Source: a virus (lineage: Duplodnaviria; Caudoviricetes). From it: a stretch of 55,317 nt of DNA. The notes below the pieces were generated by a model. The model saw nothing but the letters and a program-made list of their open reading frames with translations, had not been told where the DNA came from and searched no databases. Each line of letters opens with the position of its first letter. Position 1 is the first letter of the stretch. Below are positions 8,187 through 17,845 of the stretch, one piece after another. The stretch is from the IMG/VR virus record IMGVR_UViG_3300021510_000001, positions 1-55,317 of that record; one strand, given 5' to 3'. The translations under genes were made by a program, and so were the position numbers.

Positions 8187-10007
8187 TCACCGATACCCTT
8201 GCGCTCCGGGGATTCTTCCGGCTGACGTCCAGCCCCTTCCGTTAGCGCTTCCCTTACGGACGCCCTGGCTTGGATTCATAGCCTCTATGGTAGATCCATT
8301 GCCTAGCGAGATCGCCACATGCCCAGGTTGAAATAGCAATGCCCCCTTGGTATTGACGCCAACCGACACGCTTACAACTGTCCCGTGGGAACGGCAGTGC
8401 GCTAATTGAGCGGCGCTTCCATCCGGAACTTTGGGGGTTATTCCAGCGCGCGAGGCAGCCCATTCTACGAGCTCGCTGCAATCGAAGCTCACCGGATTCG
8501 GATTACTCGGCGCGGCCTCGGCACCAAATACATAGCGTTTTCCAGCCTGCTGTAGAGCAATGGAAACAAACCGATCGATCTGGCCGTCGGCGCCGCTGGT
8601 GGTGCCGCTGGTAGCGGCACCGGCGGCGTTGGTGGCCGATGGCGGCTGCGGTGCCGGGTCGACCGGCTCGACCAGCGTGATGTCGGCACCGTCGATGTCG
8701 GTGCCGACGGCGTAGGCGACGTGCGAGCAGATGAACTCGCGCCAGTCGCCCCCGGCGATGCTCGGGGTATTGCGCACCAGCACCGACACGCCGGGGCGGA
8801 AGAACTTCGCCCGGTTGAGCGGCACCCGGCCGGTGACCTCGGTGAGGTTGGCGCGGTCACCGGAACTGGTGGCCCGGCTGGATGGCATGGTCAGCCACTG
8901 CTCACCGGGGGTGGGCGGGTTGTGCCAGGACAGGCGCAGCGAGCCGTAGGCGGTCCAGCGCATGGCGAACGCGCTGGATCCGAAGACCACCTTGGTGCCG
9001 GAGAGGAAGAATCGCTTGCCCAGCTCGCGGCCGAGTCGGGTCATGGTGGTCCAGGCGCTGGCCGCCTGCCCGCTGGCGGCGCTGCCCTGCTGGTCGGCCA
9101 CGTCGCGGGAGATCTGGGCCTGACTGGTCAGCGCCTCGCCGAGCATGTAGACGGCCGGGTCGTAGCCCAATGTGGACAGTTCCCGGGCCAGCCACTGGGT
9201 GGCGGAGAGGTCGCTGGCGCTGGCCGCGCCGGTGAGGTTCATCAGCCGGTAGGCGATGTCGTGGATGGCGGTGATGGTGAGCTGCCCGGTGCTGTGCCCG
9301 CCAGGCTCGAAGGCGACCTGATCGATGCGCAGGTCCATGCCGAGGTATTCCACCCGGGCGCCGCGCACCAACACGTTGCTGTGCCGAAACAGTAGCTCGC
9401 CCTCGGGGTCGATCACGGTGAATTTCAGGTTGGGCACGGTCTCCAGGCCGGCCTCGAACTGAGGTGCCCCGATGATCACGGTGGCGTAGTCGGCCCACAT
9501 CTCCGAGCCGATAACCCGGATCGGATCGAAGATGTCACCGGCGTTGGCCGCCGGCACCGACCCGACGGGCGCGGTCTGGGTGAGCGGGGTGCCGAACCCG
9601 ACGCCGGTGACGCCGGTGAGGACACCCGCGGGTAACTCGGGGGCGCCGATCACGGTGGCGGCCTGAGCCATGGCCAGCCGGGCCTCACCGAGGTAGAGCA
9701 GGTAGCCACCGGTGGTGTAGGAGGTCCAGGCTTGCAGGCCGCGTTGCTGGTAGATCTCGTGGGCGGCGGCGACGTTGTACTCGGCGTCGGCGAGTAGCCG
9801 GCGCTGGTCGTAACCCTGGTAGATGTTCCAGCGGATCTTGAACAGGCCGCTGGCGCTGTCCGGATCTACCGCGTCCACCTGGTAGCCGGATTCGCGCCGG
9901 CAGATGGCCACCATGATGGCCCTGGTGGACACATCGCCCACCAGGGTGTCGGGGAAGCCGACCCGTATCACCAGCGCGGCGACCTGGGCGGCCGACAGGA
10001 CGATCAT
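8187..10007 (-). CDS. Baseplate hub / virion peptidoglycan hydrolase: lytic transglycosylase-like N-terminus, hub domain, NlpC/P60 C-terminus
   Basis: RESG...GLFKI...AWTSY (SLT-like); GKRYVFGA..FDCSELV..GHVAISLGNG..IEA (NlpC/P60). Confidence 0.85.
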   Translation of the reverse strand: MIVLSAAQVAALVIRVGFPDTLVGDVSTRAIMVAICRRESGYQVDAVDPDSASGLFKIRWNIYQGYDQRRLLADAEYNVAAAHEIYQQRGLQAWTSYTTGGYLLYLGEARLAMAQAATVIGAPELPAGVLTGVTGVGFGTPLTQTAPVGSVPAANAGDIFDPIRVIGSEMWADYATVIIGAPQFEAGLETVPNLKFTVIDPEGELLFRHSNVLVRGARVEYLGMDLRIDQVAFEPGGHSTGQLTITAIHDIAYRLMNLTGAASASDLSATQWLARELSTLGYDPAVYMLGEALTSQAQISRDVADQQGSAASGQAASAWTTMTRLGRELGKRFFLSGTKVVFGSSAFAMRWTAYGSLRLSWHNPPTPGEQWLTMPSSRATSSGDRANLTEVTGRVPLNRAKFFRPGVSVLVRNTPSIAGGDWREFICSHVAYAVGTDIDGADITLVEPVDPAPQPPSATNAAGAATSGTTSGADGQIDRFVSIALQQAGKRYVFGAEAAPSNPNPVSFDCSELVEWAASRAGITPKVPDGSAAQLAHCRSHGTVVSVSVGVNTKGALLFQPGHVAISLGNGSTIEAMNPSQGVRKGSANGRGWTSAGRIPGAQGYR

Positions 10008-10345
10008 TCGACGTGCTCAGGCCAGTGCCAGGTGCCGCCAGCCTTGGTCTCCTCGTCGTGCTTGCAGGGAACGGCGGCCGCGCCGTTGAAGAACAATCCG
10101 GTCGGATTGAGCACGGTCAGCGCGCACGCGTCGGCATACCACCACTGTTCGACGACCCGGATAGGCCGGCCCTCGCTTCGGTCGAAAGAGGGCGGCGCGG
10201 TGGTTTCCACGGTGACCCACTGGCCGACCTCAACGATCACGGCGGCCCGGCACTGCGAGCGGTACTCTCCGCCGGGAGTGCCGTAGGAGACGTAGTGCAC
10301 CATCCGGCACACGCTGGGCGGCCGGCTCGCGGTCCTGTTACCCAC
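10004..10345 (-). CDS. Conserved actinophage hypothetical protein
   Basis: PSVCRMVHYVSYGTPGGEY..CRAAVIVEV..GTWHWPE pattern; coupled overlaps. Confidence 0.7.
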   Translation of the reverse strand: MGNRTASRPPSVCRMVHYVSYGTPGGEYRSQCRAAVIVEVGQWVTVETTAPPSFDRSEGRPIRVVEQWWYADACALTVLNPTGLFFNGAAAVPCKHDEETKAGGTWHWPEHVE

Positions 10346-10622
10346 GGGTGGCTCCGGTCTCTTTGGGCTTATCCGGAGCGAAATCTTGGCTTAGTGGAGC
10401 CATGCTGTCTGCCCTTTGTGGATCAGTGCGGGGCGACTCGTCGTGGTAGACCACTTGCCAGTCGGCCACATCATCGTCGGTGAGCAGCTCCGCATGAAGG
10501 GTGCCGTTCGGCCAGGACATGCACAGCCATCGGCGCCCCTCGGCCTGGCTCGCGGGGGAGATCGTTTCGACGGGCATGAGCTGAGCGATCCAACCGTCCA
10601 GCCCCAATCTGACCTCGATCAT
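10338..10622 (-). CDS. Hypothetical protein
   Basis: AAGGAG RBS, operon position. Confidence 0.6.
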   Translation of the reverse strand: MIEVRLGLDGWIAQLMPVETISPASQAEGRRWLCMSWPNGTLHAELLTDDDVADWQVVYHDESPRTDPQRADSMAPLSQDFAPDKPKETGATRG

Positions 10623-10631
10623 GAATCTCCT

Positions 10632-11312
10632 TCACGGGATGACGAACACCTGGCCCGGGTAGATCAAGTTGGGGTTCTTGATCTGCCCGCGGTTGGCGTC
10701 GTAGATGCGTGGCCACAGCGCGCCGTTACCGTAGTAGCGCAGGGCGATCTTCCACAGGCAGTCGGTGCGCACCACGGTATGCGTGCGCGGCGGCGCCGAC
10801 GTCGGCGGTGGGGGCGGCGGCGGTGGCGGTGGCGGGGCGACCGGACCGACGGCCGGCGCGGCGTCGCTGGCCTCAGTGAAGGTCATGTTGAGGATCGCCC
10901 GGGTGATCTCGTTGGTGTCCGGGTGACGCTCCTCAGAGGACAGGCTTGCCTCGGTGATGCGCCACAGGCCGGCCTCGTTGGGCCCGTAACGCAGCAGCAC
11001 CCGCTCGCGGGTCTGACACAGCAGCATGATCGCGGCGATGTTGGCGGTCTGCACGGCGAACGGGTCGGGGTGGGCCAGCATCAGGGTGAACTTCTCGGTG
11101 CGCAGCGGCCTGCCCTTGCGCAGCAGCAGCGGCGCGTTGCCGGAACGGTCGGCGGTCACCCACTCCTGGGCCAGCCCGTCGTAGTCGATCTGGCGCGGCG
11201 CGTAGGCCGCGGAGAAGGTCAACGTCCCGGTGGACTCGGCGTGGATCTGCATGCGGTCGTGGTCGGTGGTGGTGGCCGTGTCGGTCCGGCCACGGATGAT
11301 GGTGACGGCCAC
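10632..11312 (-). CDS. LysM-domain tail tube initiator / baseplate protein
   Basis: HTVVRTDCLWKIALRYYG..IYDAN..NPNLIYPGQ LysM after a poly-Pro linker; directly after tape measure. Confidence 0.9.
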   Translation of the reverse strand: MAVTIIRGRTDTATTTDHDRMQIHAESTGTLTFSAAYAPRQIDYDGLAQEWVTADRSGNAPLLLRKGRPLRTEKFTLMLAHPDPFAVQTANIAAIMLLCQTRERVLLRYGPNEAGLWRITEASLSSEERHPDTNEITRAILNMTFTEASDAAPAVGPVAPPPPPPPPPPPTSAPPRTHTVVRTDCLWKIALRYYGNGALWPRIYDANRGQIKNPNLIYPGQVFVIP

Positions 11313-11315
11313 GGC

Positions 11316-14300
11316 CTACCCCCCGCCCGCGCGGTAGTCGTAGTCGTCGCGGGCCTTTTGCTCGCGGTCGTGGTCGCGCAGCGCGGTCAGCACGGCCTTG
11401 CGGGTGTCCTCGCCGCCGTGCACCACCATCGGTCGATCCGAGCGCACCGCGCCGGCCAGCTCGCGCATCGCCGCGGCCAGCGCGGCGTCGCGGCCGGCGC
11501 CGGCCGTGGCGTAGTCCGGGCTGGCCTTGGCCATCGCGGTGGCCACCGGGTAGGGCAGCGGCTTGGCCGCGCCGGCCAGCATCGTGTTCAGGTTCGGTAC
11601 CACGTAGCTGCCCCGCGGCAGGTTGACGACCTGCGGGCCGCCGAGGCCGACCATGCCGACCATCCGCCCGTCGCGCACTACCGGCTCGGGTCCGCGCTCG
11701 CCGACCAGCGCCGGCCCGCGCGGCGCCGGCCCGCCCGCGTACAACTCCGGCATCTTCGGCAGCGAGAAAGTTTTGCCACCGACCAGCGGCACCCAGTCCG
11801 GCACCTGTACCGACGGAATCCCGTTCCAGACCTTGGCGATCAGGTTCCACACGCCCTTGAGAACGTCGACAACGGTGTTCCAGGCCCCCTTGACCAACTC
11901 GGCGGCGACGCCGGCCGCATCGGAGATGCCCGACCAGATCGAGCTGATGACCGAGCCGACGGCGGCGAACTTCTCGGAGAACCAGCCGGTGATGGCCCCC
12001 CACACCAGCTTGATCACCTCCCAGGCCTCGGAAGCCTTGAGGGAGATGCCGGCCCAGAGGGTCGAGCCGACCCAGCCGATGAAGCCGAAGATCGGTTGCA
12101 GGATTGTGGTCCACAGCCAGTTGATCCCGGTCATGATCAAGTTAAAGGCGAACTGGGCCGCCGTGGAGATCCCGGTCCAGGTCGCGGCGCCGATCATGGC
12201 GAGGAATCCGAAGATCGACTGGATGATGCCCCAGGCCCAGGTCACGATGCCGACGATGAGGTTCCAGGCCCACTTGGCGATGCCGGACACGATGCCCCAG
12301 GCCCAGGTGGCGATGGCGGCCACCAGCTCGAAGACCGGCCGAATGCCGGTCTGCCAGGCCCAGATGGCGATGGCCACGATGCGCTTGAAGATGATCTCTG
12401 CGATCCAGGCGATCAGCGCGATCAGCGCCATGATCACGAACACGTGGATTTGGATGATCACCCGGATGATGTTGAAGATCACCCGCACGATCGGCTCGAG
12501 CGCGCTCCAGACCGCCTGCCAGGCCACCACCAGCGCGTGCCAGATCGCCGAGACCACCGCGACCCCGCCGCGCCACAGCCCGACGAAGAACCCTACGAAA
12601 GCGTCGATGGCGACCTGGAGGGCCTGCACGGTCGCGTTCCAGGCCACCACCAGCGCATCCACCACCGCATGGAAGGCGGCCAGGATGGCCCGCCAGATCG
12701 CCCGCACCATGTCGCGGAACCAGGCGCACTTGGTCCACAGCAGGATGATCGCGATGATGATCGCCGCGATGCCCAGGATGATCCAGCCGATCGGCGTGGT
12801 GAACAGCGCTACCGACAGCGTGATCAAGGCGCGCACCCCGGCCATGGCGAGCTGACCGAAACCGCGGGCCGCCATCCGCAGCGTCGGCAGCAGCACCCCG
12901 CCCATCATCTTCTGCATGAAGCTCAGTTCGCCGGTCATCTTGCTGGCCGTGCTGATCCAGGAGAACGCCTTGGCGCCACCGGCGACCATGGAGAACACCG
13001 GACCCAGCAACTTGAACGACAACCAGGTGGTGAGCAGTGTGCTCATCACCGCGCTGGCGCCGGGAACGTTCTGCTGCACCCAGATCAGTCCGCGTGCGAT
13101 GGCCGCGATCGCCTCGGCGAACACGATCAGCGGCGAGGCGGACGCGGTGGACAGGAAGTCGGCCAGCGCTGTGGCGGCATGGATGATCGCCGGGCCCAGA
13201 CCGTCGGCACCGGCCCAGGAGGAGACCAGCCGGCCGAGTGCCGGCAGCAGCTCGTTGTTGATCTGGGCCAGCAGTGGCGCGATGTTCTGGTTGGAGCCGA
13301 CCCGGGCGAACGCAGAGAGCACGATGCCGATCAGATGGCCCATCTCGTGCAGTGCTGGCAGCGAGTCCTGGAAATAGCGGTTGATCCGGGTCTGGCCCTC
13401 GGCGCTGGCGGTCCAGAGCCGGAACTTGTAGGCCAGCGCCTCGATCGACAGGCCCATGTCGCTGGCGTAGCCGGCGCCGATCCGGAAGACGTTGAACAGT
13501 CCGATCAGCACGTCGACGATCACCCCGACGACCCGACGCAGCGTGTCCCACGCTGTGGTGAACCACGCCGCCATCCGACCGTTGGCCAGCGTCTGGGCCG
13601 TCCAGCTCTGCAATCCGTCGGCGGCGTCGCGGAACAGGGTGGCCATCGACAGCACCATGGGCAGCGAGCCCTGGATCACGTTGATCAGCACCCGGCCGAG
13701 GGAGAGCAGTCCGGCCAGGATCAGCGCCAGGATCGGGCGCAGCCCGGCGAAGATCGCCCGCACCCGGTCGAGGAACGGGGCGGATGCGGCGAGTTGGCCG
13801 GCGTTGCGCGCGGCCAGTCCGATCTCCCCGCCGAGTCCGGCCAGGCCGGTGCCGGTCGCCTTGGCCAGGCCGCCGATGGAGTTGGCGAAAGCATTCATTC
13901 CGCTGCGCAGGCCACCGGCCGCGATCACCGGACCCAGCTCGGTGAATTGGTTTTTGATCCGGGTGAGCGGTTGCTCGAGCTGGGCGGCGGCCAGTTTCAC
14001 CGCCAGCAGGGATAGCTTCATCAGCACCAGCAAGGTGGGCAGCGCGGCCAGCGTGCCCACCATCGGAGCGAGTCCACCCAGGGCGATCGCCGCACCCGCG
14101 CCCAGTGCGGAGATGCCGCCGGCCAGCGCGTAGAGGCCGGTGGCGATCGCCGTCCACTTGTAGATCGACAGGATGCCACCGAGACCACCGGCGGCTCGGT
14201 GGGCCTTCTGCATCTTGTTGGCGAACCGGTCGACTCCGACCGAGGCGGCCGCACCCCGGGCGCCGGCCTTGCCCATCTCCTGCCCGGCCTCGCGAATCGG

Positions 14301-14519
14301 TGGCGCCGCGCGCCGGGCCGCACCGCCGGCCCGGTCGGTGGCCCGGGTCGCCTTGCCCATGCCGGCGTCGATGCCCTCACCGGCTCGCCGGCCGGCTCGG
14401 CCGGCCGCCTCCAGGTCGCCTTCGACGTCGTCCAGGCGGGCGCTGAGCCGAGCGAGGGCGGCCTCGAGATCGCCGTCCATCGACGAATCGAGACGCACTT
14501 CTTCCTCGGCCACGGTCAC
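11316..14519 (-). CDS. Tape measure protein
   Basis: 1067 aa, Ala/Gly-rich amphipathic helices with 11-residue Trp periodicity; GGPA..ALVGERGPE C-terminal motif. Confidence 0.92.
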   Translation of the reverse strand: MTVAEEEVRLDSSMDGDLEAALARLSARLDDVEGDLEAAGRAGRRAGEGIDAGMGKATRATDRAGGAARRAAPPIREAGQEMGKAGARGAAASVGVDRFANKMQKAHRAAGGLGGILSIYKWTAIATGLYALAGGISALGAGAAIALGGLAPMVGTLAALPTLLVLMKLSLLAVKLAAAQLEQPLTRIKNQFTELGPVIAAGGLRSGMNAFANSIGGLAKATGTGLAGLGGEIGLAARNAGQLAASAPFLDRVRAIFAGLRPILALILAGLLSLGRVLINVIQGSLPMVLSMATLFRDAADGLQSWTAQTLANGRMAAWFTTAWDTLRRVVGVIVDVLIGLFNVFRIGAGYASDMGLSIEALAYKFRLWTASAEGQTRINRYFQDSLPALHEMGHLIGIVLSAFARVGSNQNIAPLLAQINNELLPALGRLVSSWAGADGLGPAIIHAATALADFLSTASASPLIVFAEAIAAIARGLIWVQQNVPGASAVMSTLLTTWLSFKLLGPVFSMVAGGAKAFSWISTASKMTGELSFMQKMMGGVLLPTLRMAARGFGQLAMAGVRALITLSVALFTTPIGWIILGIAAIIIAIILLWTKCAWFRDMVRAIWRAILAAFHAVVDALVVAWNATVQALQVAIDAFVGFFVGLWRGGVAVVSAIWHALVVAWQAVWSALEPIVRVIFNIIRVIIQIHVFVIMALIALIAWIAEIIFKRIVAIAIWAWQTGIRPVFELVAAIATWAWGIVSGIAKWAWNLIVGIVTWAWGIIQSIFGFLAMIGAATWTGISTAAQFAFNLIMTGINWLWTTILQPIFGFIGWVGSTLWAGISLKASEAWEVIKLVWGAITGWFSEKFAAVGSVISSIWSGISDAAGVAAELVKGAWNTVVDVLKGVWNLIAKVWNGIPSVQVPDWVPLVGGKTFSLPKMPELYAGGPAPRGPALVGERGPEPVVRDGRMVGMVGLGGPQVVNLPRGSYVVPNLNTMLAGAAKPLPYPVATAMAKASPDYATAGAGRDAALAAAMRELAGAVRSDRPMVVHGGEDTRKAVLTALRDHDREQKARDDYDYRAGGG

Positions 14520-14596
14520 CTCCCGGCAGGCTCAGCCGTGATCGTCGCAGCCGGGCCCGGGCGGGCGGGGAAGGCGCGCGGACGGGGCCGGGGAAT

Positions 14597-14639
14597 GCCG
14601 CGACCCCCGGGGAGATGAGTCTCCCGCGGGGGTCGCGGC
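14597..14639. terminator. Long GC-rich hairpin between chaperone and tape measure genes
   Basis: GCCGCGACCCCC-G-GGGAGA-TGAG-TCTCCC-GC-GGGGGTCGCGGC inverted repeat. Confidence 0.5.
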
Positions 14640-14683
14640 GCGCCCGTGCATTGAAATTGACCGTCGACGCGGATCTTAGCCGA

Positions 14684-14920
14684 TCACCTCTGACCGGCCT
14701 TGCGGGTTTGGGCCTGCTCGTCGCGGTTCACCACGGCCAGCGCCGCCAACCGGATCTCGGTGAGCAGCAGGTCGCCCTCGTCGCGAAGCAGCGCGACCGG
14801 ATCCTGACCGAAGACCGACCCGACCCGCGCGACATTGATCACCATCGGATGCCGCGACAGCCACTCAACGCGCTCCCGCGATCGGGCGACCCGAGGGTGA
14901 TCCGGACTCAGACCGTAGGG
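14684..14920 (-). CDS. Tail assembly chaperone -1 frameshift extension (G-T type)
   Basis: -1 frame PYGLSPDHPRVARSRERVEWLSRHPMVINVARVGSVFGQDPVALL...AGQR* opens at GGACCCT just before the chaperone stop. Confidence 0.7.
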   Translation of the reverse strand, partial: PYGLSPDHPRVARSRERVEWLSRHPMVINVARVGSVFGQDPVALLRDEGDLLLTEIRLAALAVVNRDEQAQTRKAGQR

Positions 14921-15483
14921 TCCTCGTCATCATCCTCGCCGTCCTCCAGCCAACCGGCCTTGGCCGCGACCCGCTGGGATGCCTCGACCAGTCGGGCCTC
15001 GCGGCCGAAGAGGCTGCGCAGAAACGATCGCGGATCCACCACGTTGAACCTGCGCAGCAGCGCATCGCTGGCGGGAGTCATCGACGCGCCGTCGGGCCCG
15101 GTCAACGTCTCCCAGTCACCGGATTCGGCAACGCGCTCGTACTGCAACTCAACGCAGGTGCCCAGCAGCACGTTGAACGCCAGTTCGGTCTGGTCCATCT
15201 TCAACGGGTTGACCCGGCGACCGTTGCGCTGGTTTTTCGGCAGCGCCGCGGTCTGCCACGCGGCGTACTTCGAGTACGGAAAGGTGATGTCGCACATCAG
15301 CCGCCAGCCGAGGCCGGGCACCTCGATCGGGCAGAGATCATCCTCGCCGTCGTCGCGCTCGGCGACCTGTTCACGCAGCATCGACAGCGCGTCGAAGGTC
15401 TCGGCGGGGGCGCCGTTGGCGACGGCGGACGGCGCCGCGACCTCGCCGGGGGCGACCATCGCCGAGGCGTCAAAGGTGGTCAT
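14908..15483 (-). CDS. Tail assembly chaperone (G)
   Basis: Between tube and tape measure; start MTTFDASAM after GGAGG; acidic end DDDEDPTV. Confidence 0.8.
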   Translation of the reverse strand: MTTFDASAMVAPGEVAAPSAVANGAPAETFDALSMLREQVAERDDGEDDLCPIEVPGLGWRLMCDITFPYSKYAAWQTAALPKNQRNGRRVNPLKMDQTELAFNVLLGTCVELQYERVAESGDWETLTGPDGASMTPASDALLRRFNVVDPRSFLRSLFGREARLVEASQRVAAKAGWLEDGEDDDEDPTV

Positions 15484-15651
15484 CGTGTGGGCCCTCCCAG
15501 GGTTGGGTTTATCGATCCTCCGACACCGATGCACCCCGGGCCGGACACGGAAACACCCACGGATTCGCCCCTGGGAGGGACTTCTCGGCGCTGAGCGTGC
15601 AAAGTGGCGACCTTGCCCCGTGTCCGGCCCGGGGTGCACCGGCGGGAAGTA

Positions 15652-16059
15652 CTAGCCAACGGCGCTGACCGCGAAGGTCAACGCCAACTCGGCCGGGTCG
15701 CTGGAGCTGGCGTCCACCTCCGGCATGCTGAGCTTGATCAACAGCGCCTCCGAGTAGACGTCGCCAGGGGTCGGCACGGCGGTCATGTCCGCATAGATCG
15801 GCTGCGTTGACAACGTGGTGCGCCACTCGCCCACCCGCGACTTCAGCGAGTTGAGCAGCGGCTGGTCGCGGATCGGGTCGAAGGGTCGGGTCAGCTCCAC
15901 ATCCTCGGTGTTGGGCCGGCCGCCCAGCACGTCGGGGCGCCGGGCACCACCATCCCAGGCCTTGTTGGTGTCGGCGCTGATACTGCCGCCCGTCTTGGCG
16001 GCCCAGTAACCATCGATGCCGTCCACCTTGACCAGAAATTGCCACTTTGCCGATTTCAT
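15652..16059 (-). CDS. Tail tube protein
   Basis: 135 aa after sheath; FLVKVDGI..KTGG..VELTRPFD..ELALTF, gp19-like. Confidence 0.85.
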   Translation of the reverse strand: MKSAKWQFLVKVDGIDGYWAAKTGGSISADTNKAWDGGARRPDVLGGRPNTEDVELTRPFDPIRDQPLLNSLKSRVGEWRTTLSTQPIYADMTAVPTPGDVYSEALLIKLSMPEVDASSSDPAELALTFAVSAVG

Positions 16060-16075
16060 GGCGCTCCCCTCCCTC

Positions 16076-17533
16076 CTACAACGAAGCCGTCACGGCGGCC
16101 TTGGTCACCGTGATCCGCACCAGGGCGGCTGTGGGCACCGGCCGCACCCTCACCTCGGCCAGCACCTGGTTGAGCGCCAGGCTCTCCACCGGGTTGAGCG
16201 AGGCGTCGGAGCGCACCGCGTAGCCGGGGTCGGTCTGGTTGTGGTCGCTGTCGTAGTGGGCGAAGAGACCACCGGCGCTGGCCATCGGCAACACGATGCC
16301 GACCAGGGTGCCGTGCACCTGACTGAGCAGGTGCCCGCTGGAGTCGATCACCCCGAAAACATAGGGCTCGAGTCGCTTTTGCGCCTCGACCACCACCCGG
16401 TTCACCACGTCGGCGCCGGTCAGGTAACGCCAGTTCTCCACGTCGCTGGAGGTGGAGCGCCACCCGTAGAGACGTACCGTGCTGGCGATGGTGCGGATCA
16501 CCGAGACCGCGTTGTCATCCAGCAGGGTCATGTCATCGGAGCTGAGCACCTGGTCGGGGGCCACCACGTAGGTGGCTCGGCTCACCTCGCCGCCGGGCGC
16601 CCGCCACGGGCCGGACAACTGGTGGGCCTTGGCCCGGGCGGCCGCCACGAAGCCCTCCGGTGAGATCGCCTTGGTGCCGCCGAATCCGTCGGGGATGCGG
16701 ATCCACGGCGCGAACAGTCCCGCGCGCTGGGCGTTGGCGGTGTCCGCGTAGCCGATCAGGGTGGTGACGTCGGTGGACTGCGCGGCGGTGAGCAGCGCGA
16801 TCCGGTTGAAGTCGTTGGCGTGCGCGATCAGTCCGGCGTGCACGGTGGAGCCGATGCCGGGGATCGCCACCGCGCCGTCGCCGTAGTCCTTGCCGAAGCG
16901 GGCCAGGGCGGTGACGTAGTTGGCCGCAACGATGGCGCCGCGGTCGTCGGTGCCCGCGGTCAAGGTGAGCGGACCGACGATCGCGGGGTTGTTGTTGGGC
17001 GCGGCGGTGGCGCTGGCCAGGTTGGTGAGCCGGATGTAGATCGACCGGGCGTTGACCTTGGATACGGCCTCGGCGGGGCTGCCCAGGTTGGGGTAGTCCT
17101 CGACCAGGACCCCGCTGCGGAACACCTTGATTCGGAACGTGTCCGCGGCGGCGCCGGCCACTACCGAAACGCTGATCGAGGATGACCAGGCTCCCGCCGA
17201 GGAGGCGGCGACGCTCAGCGTTGTCACCGGAGCCACGGCCCGGTCATCCAGTGGCGCGGCCAGCGCGCCGGTGGTGGCGGCGGCGCCCACGACCCTCGTC
17301 ACATAGGCGCGGCTGCCACCCTCCTGGAAGAAGGTCGCCACGTCGTCGTAGAGCGCACCGTAGGTGGTCAAGACGCCGAAGTAGTTGACGAACTCAGCCA
17401 GGTTGGTGACGAGTTGGGCGGCGGCGGTCGGTCCTCGCTCGGCCTGGCCCACCACGAAGTAGGTTCCCGACGGTGCGCTGGTCGGCGTGGACGGGCCCGC
17501 CACGGCACCCGAGGTGACGATGACACCCGGCAT
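16076..17533 (-). CDS. Contractile tail sheath protein
   Basis: MPGV..VGQAERGP..FFQEGGSRAYVTRV..APWI..GPWRAPGG..LYGWRS..PYVF. Confidence 0.95.
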   Translation of the reverse strand: MPGVIVTSGAVAGPSTPTSAPSGTYFVVGQAERGPTAAAQLVTNLAEFVNYFGVLTTYGALYDDVATFFQEGGSRAYVTRVVGAAATTGALAAPLDDRAVAPVTTLSVAASSAGAWSSSISVSVVAGAAADTFRIKVFRSGVLVEDYPNLGSPAEAVSKVNARSIYIRLTNLASATAAPNNNPAIVGPLTLTAGTDDRGAIVAANYVTALARFGKDYGDGAVAIPGIGSTVHAGLIAHANDFNRIALLTAAQSTDVTTLIGYADTANAQRAGLFAPWIRIPDGFGGTKAISPEGFVAAARAKAHQLSGPWRAPGGEVSRATYVVAPDQVLSSDDMTLLDDNAVSVIRTIASTVRLYGWRSTSSDVENWRYLTGADVVNRVVVEAQKRLEPYVFGVIDSSGHLLSQVHGTLVGIVLPMASAGGLFAHYDSDHNQTDPGYAVRSDASLNPVESLALNQVLAEVRVRPVPTAALVRITVTKAAVTASL

Positions 17534-17590
17534 CTGGTTTCCTCCTGCCGCGACCGCGTGCGCTGTCGCTGCGAATCATGGCACTCGAGA

Positions 17591-17845
17591 TCAGCTCTTC
17601 CCGGCGCGCCGCGCCGACCTGCTCTCAGAGTCGTCGCGCTTTGCCTCGGGTTCCCCCGTGGCCGGTTCGCCGCCCGGTTCGTCCTTCGCCGGATCCTCCG
17701 CCATGCGCAGCAGGTGACCTTGCTCGACCGCGCGCCGGCCGGCCGAGTCCAGGGCGGCCACCTCGAGTCGCTCGCCGCCGCCGAGGCTGCGTCCGTCCTC
17801 GTCGTAGACCACCGGCCCAGAACCGGCGTTGATAATCGTGATCAT
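17591..17845 (-). CDS. Small hypothetical neck/tail-associated protein
   Basis: Start MITIINAG in a TAATG overlap with the upstream gene. Confidence 0.65.
   Translation of the reverse strand: MITIINAGSGPVVYDEDGRSLGGGERLEVAALDSAGRRAVEQGHLLRMAEDPAKDEPGGEPATGEPEAKRDDSESRSARRAGKS

Noticed and set aside
10416-14015. 1199-aa + strand ORF antisense to the tape measure gene (and similar long antisense ORFs over the sheath, capsid, fibre and traB genes)
   Set aside because: Typical high-GC shadow frames: His/Arg/Gly-rich with no domain motifs. This differs from the antisense ORF in the MuF intein, which has recognisable HTH and nuclease motifs.
14520-14683. Possible tRNA or ncRNA in the intergenic region before the tape measure gene
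   Set aside because: Only one long hairpin is evident; no cloverleaf or T-loop motif.
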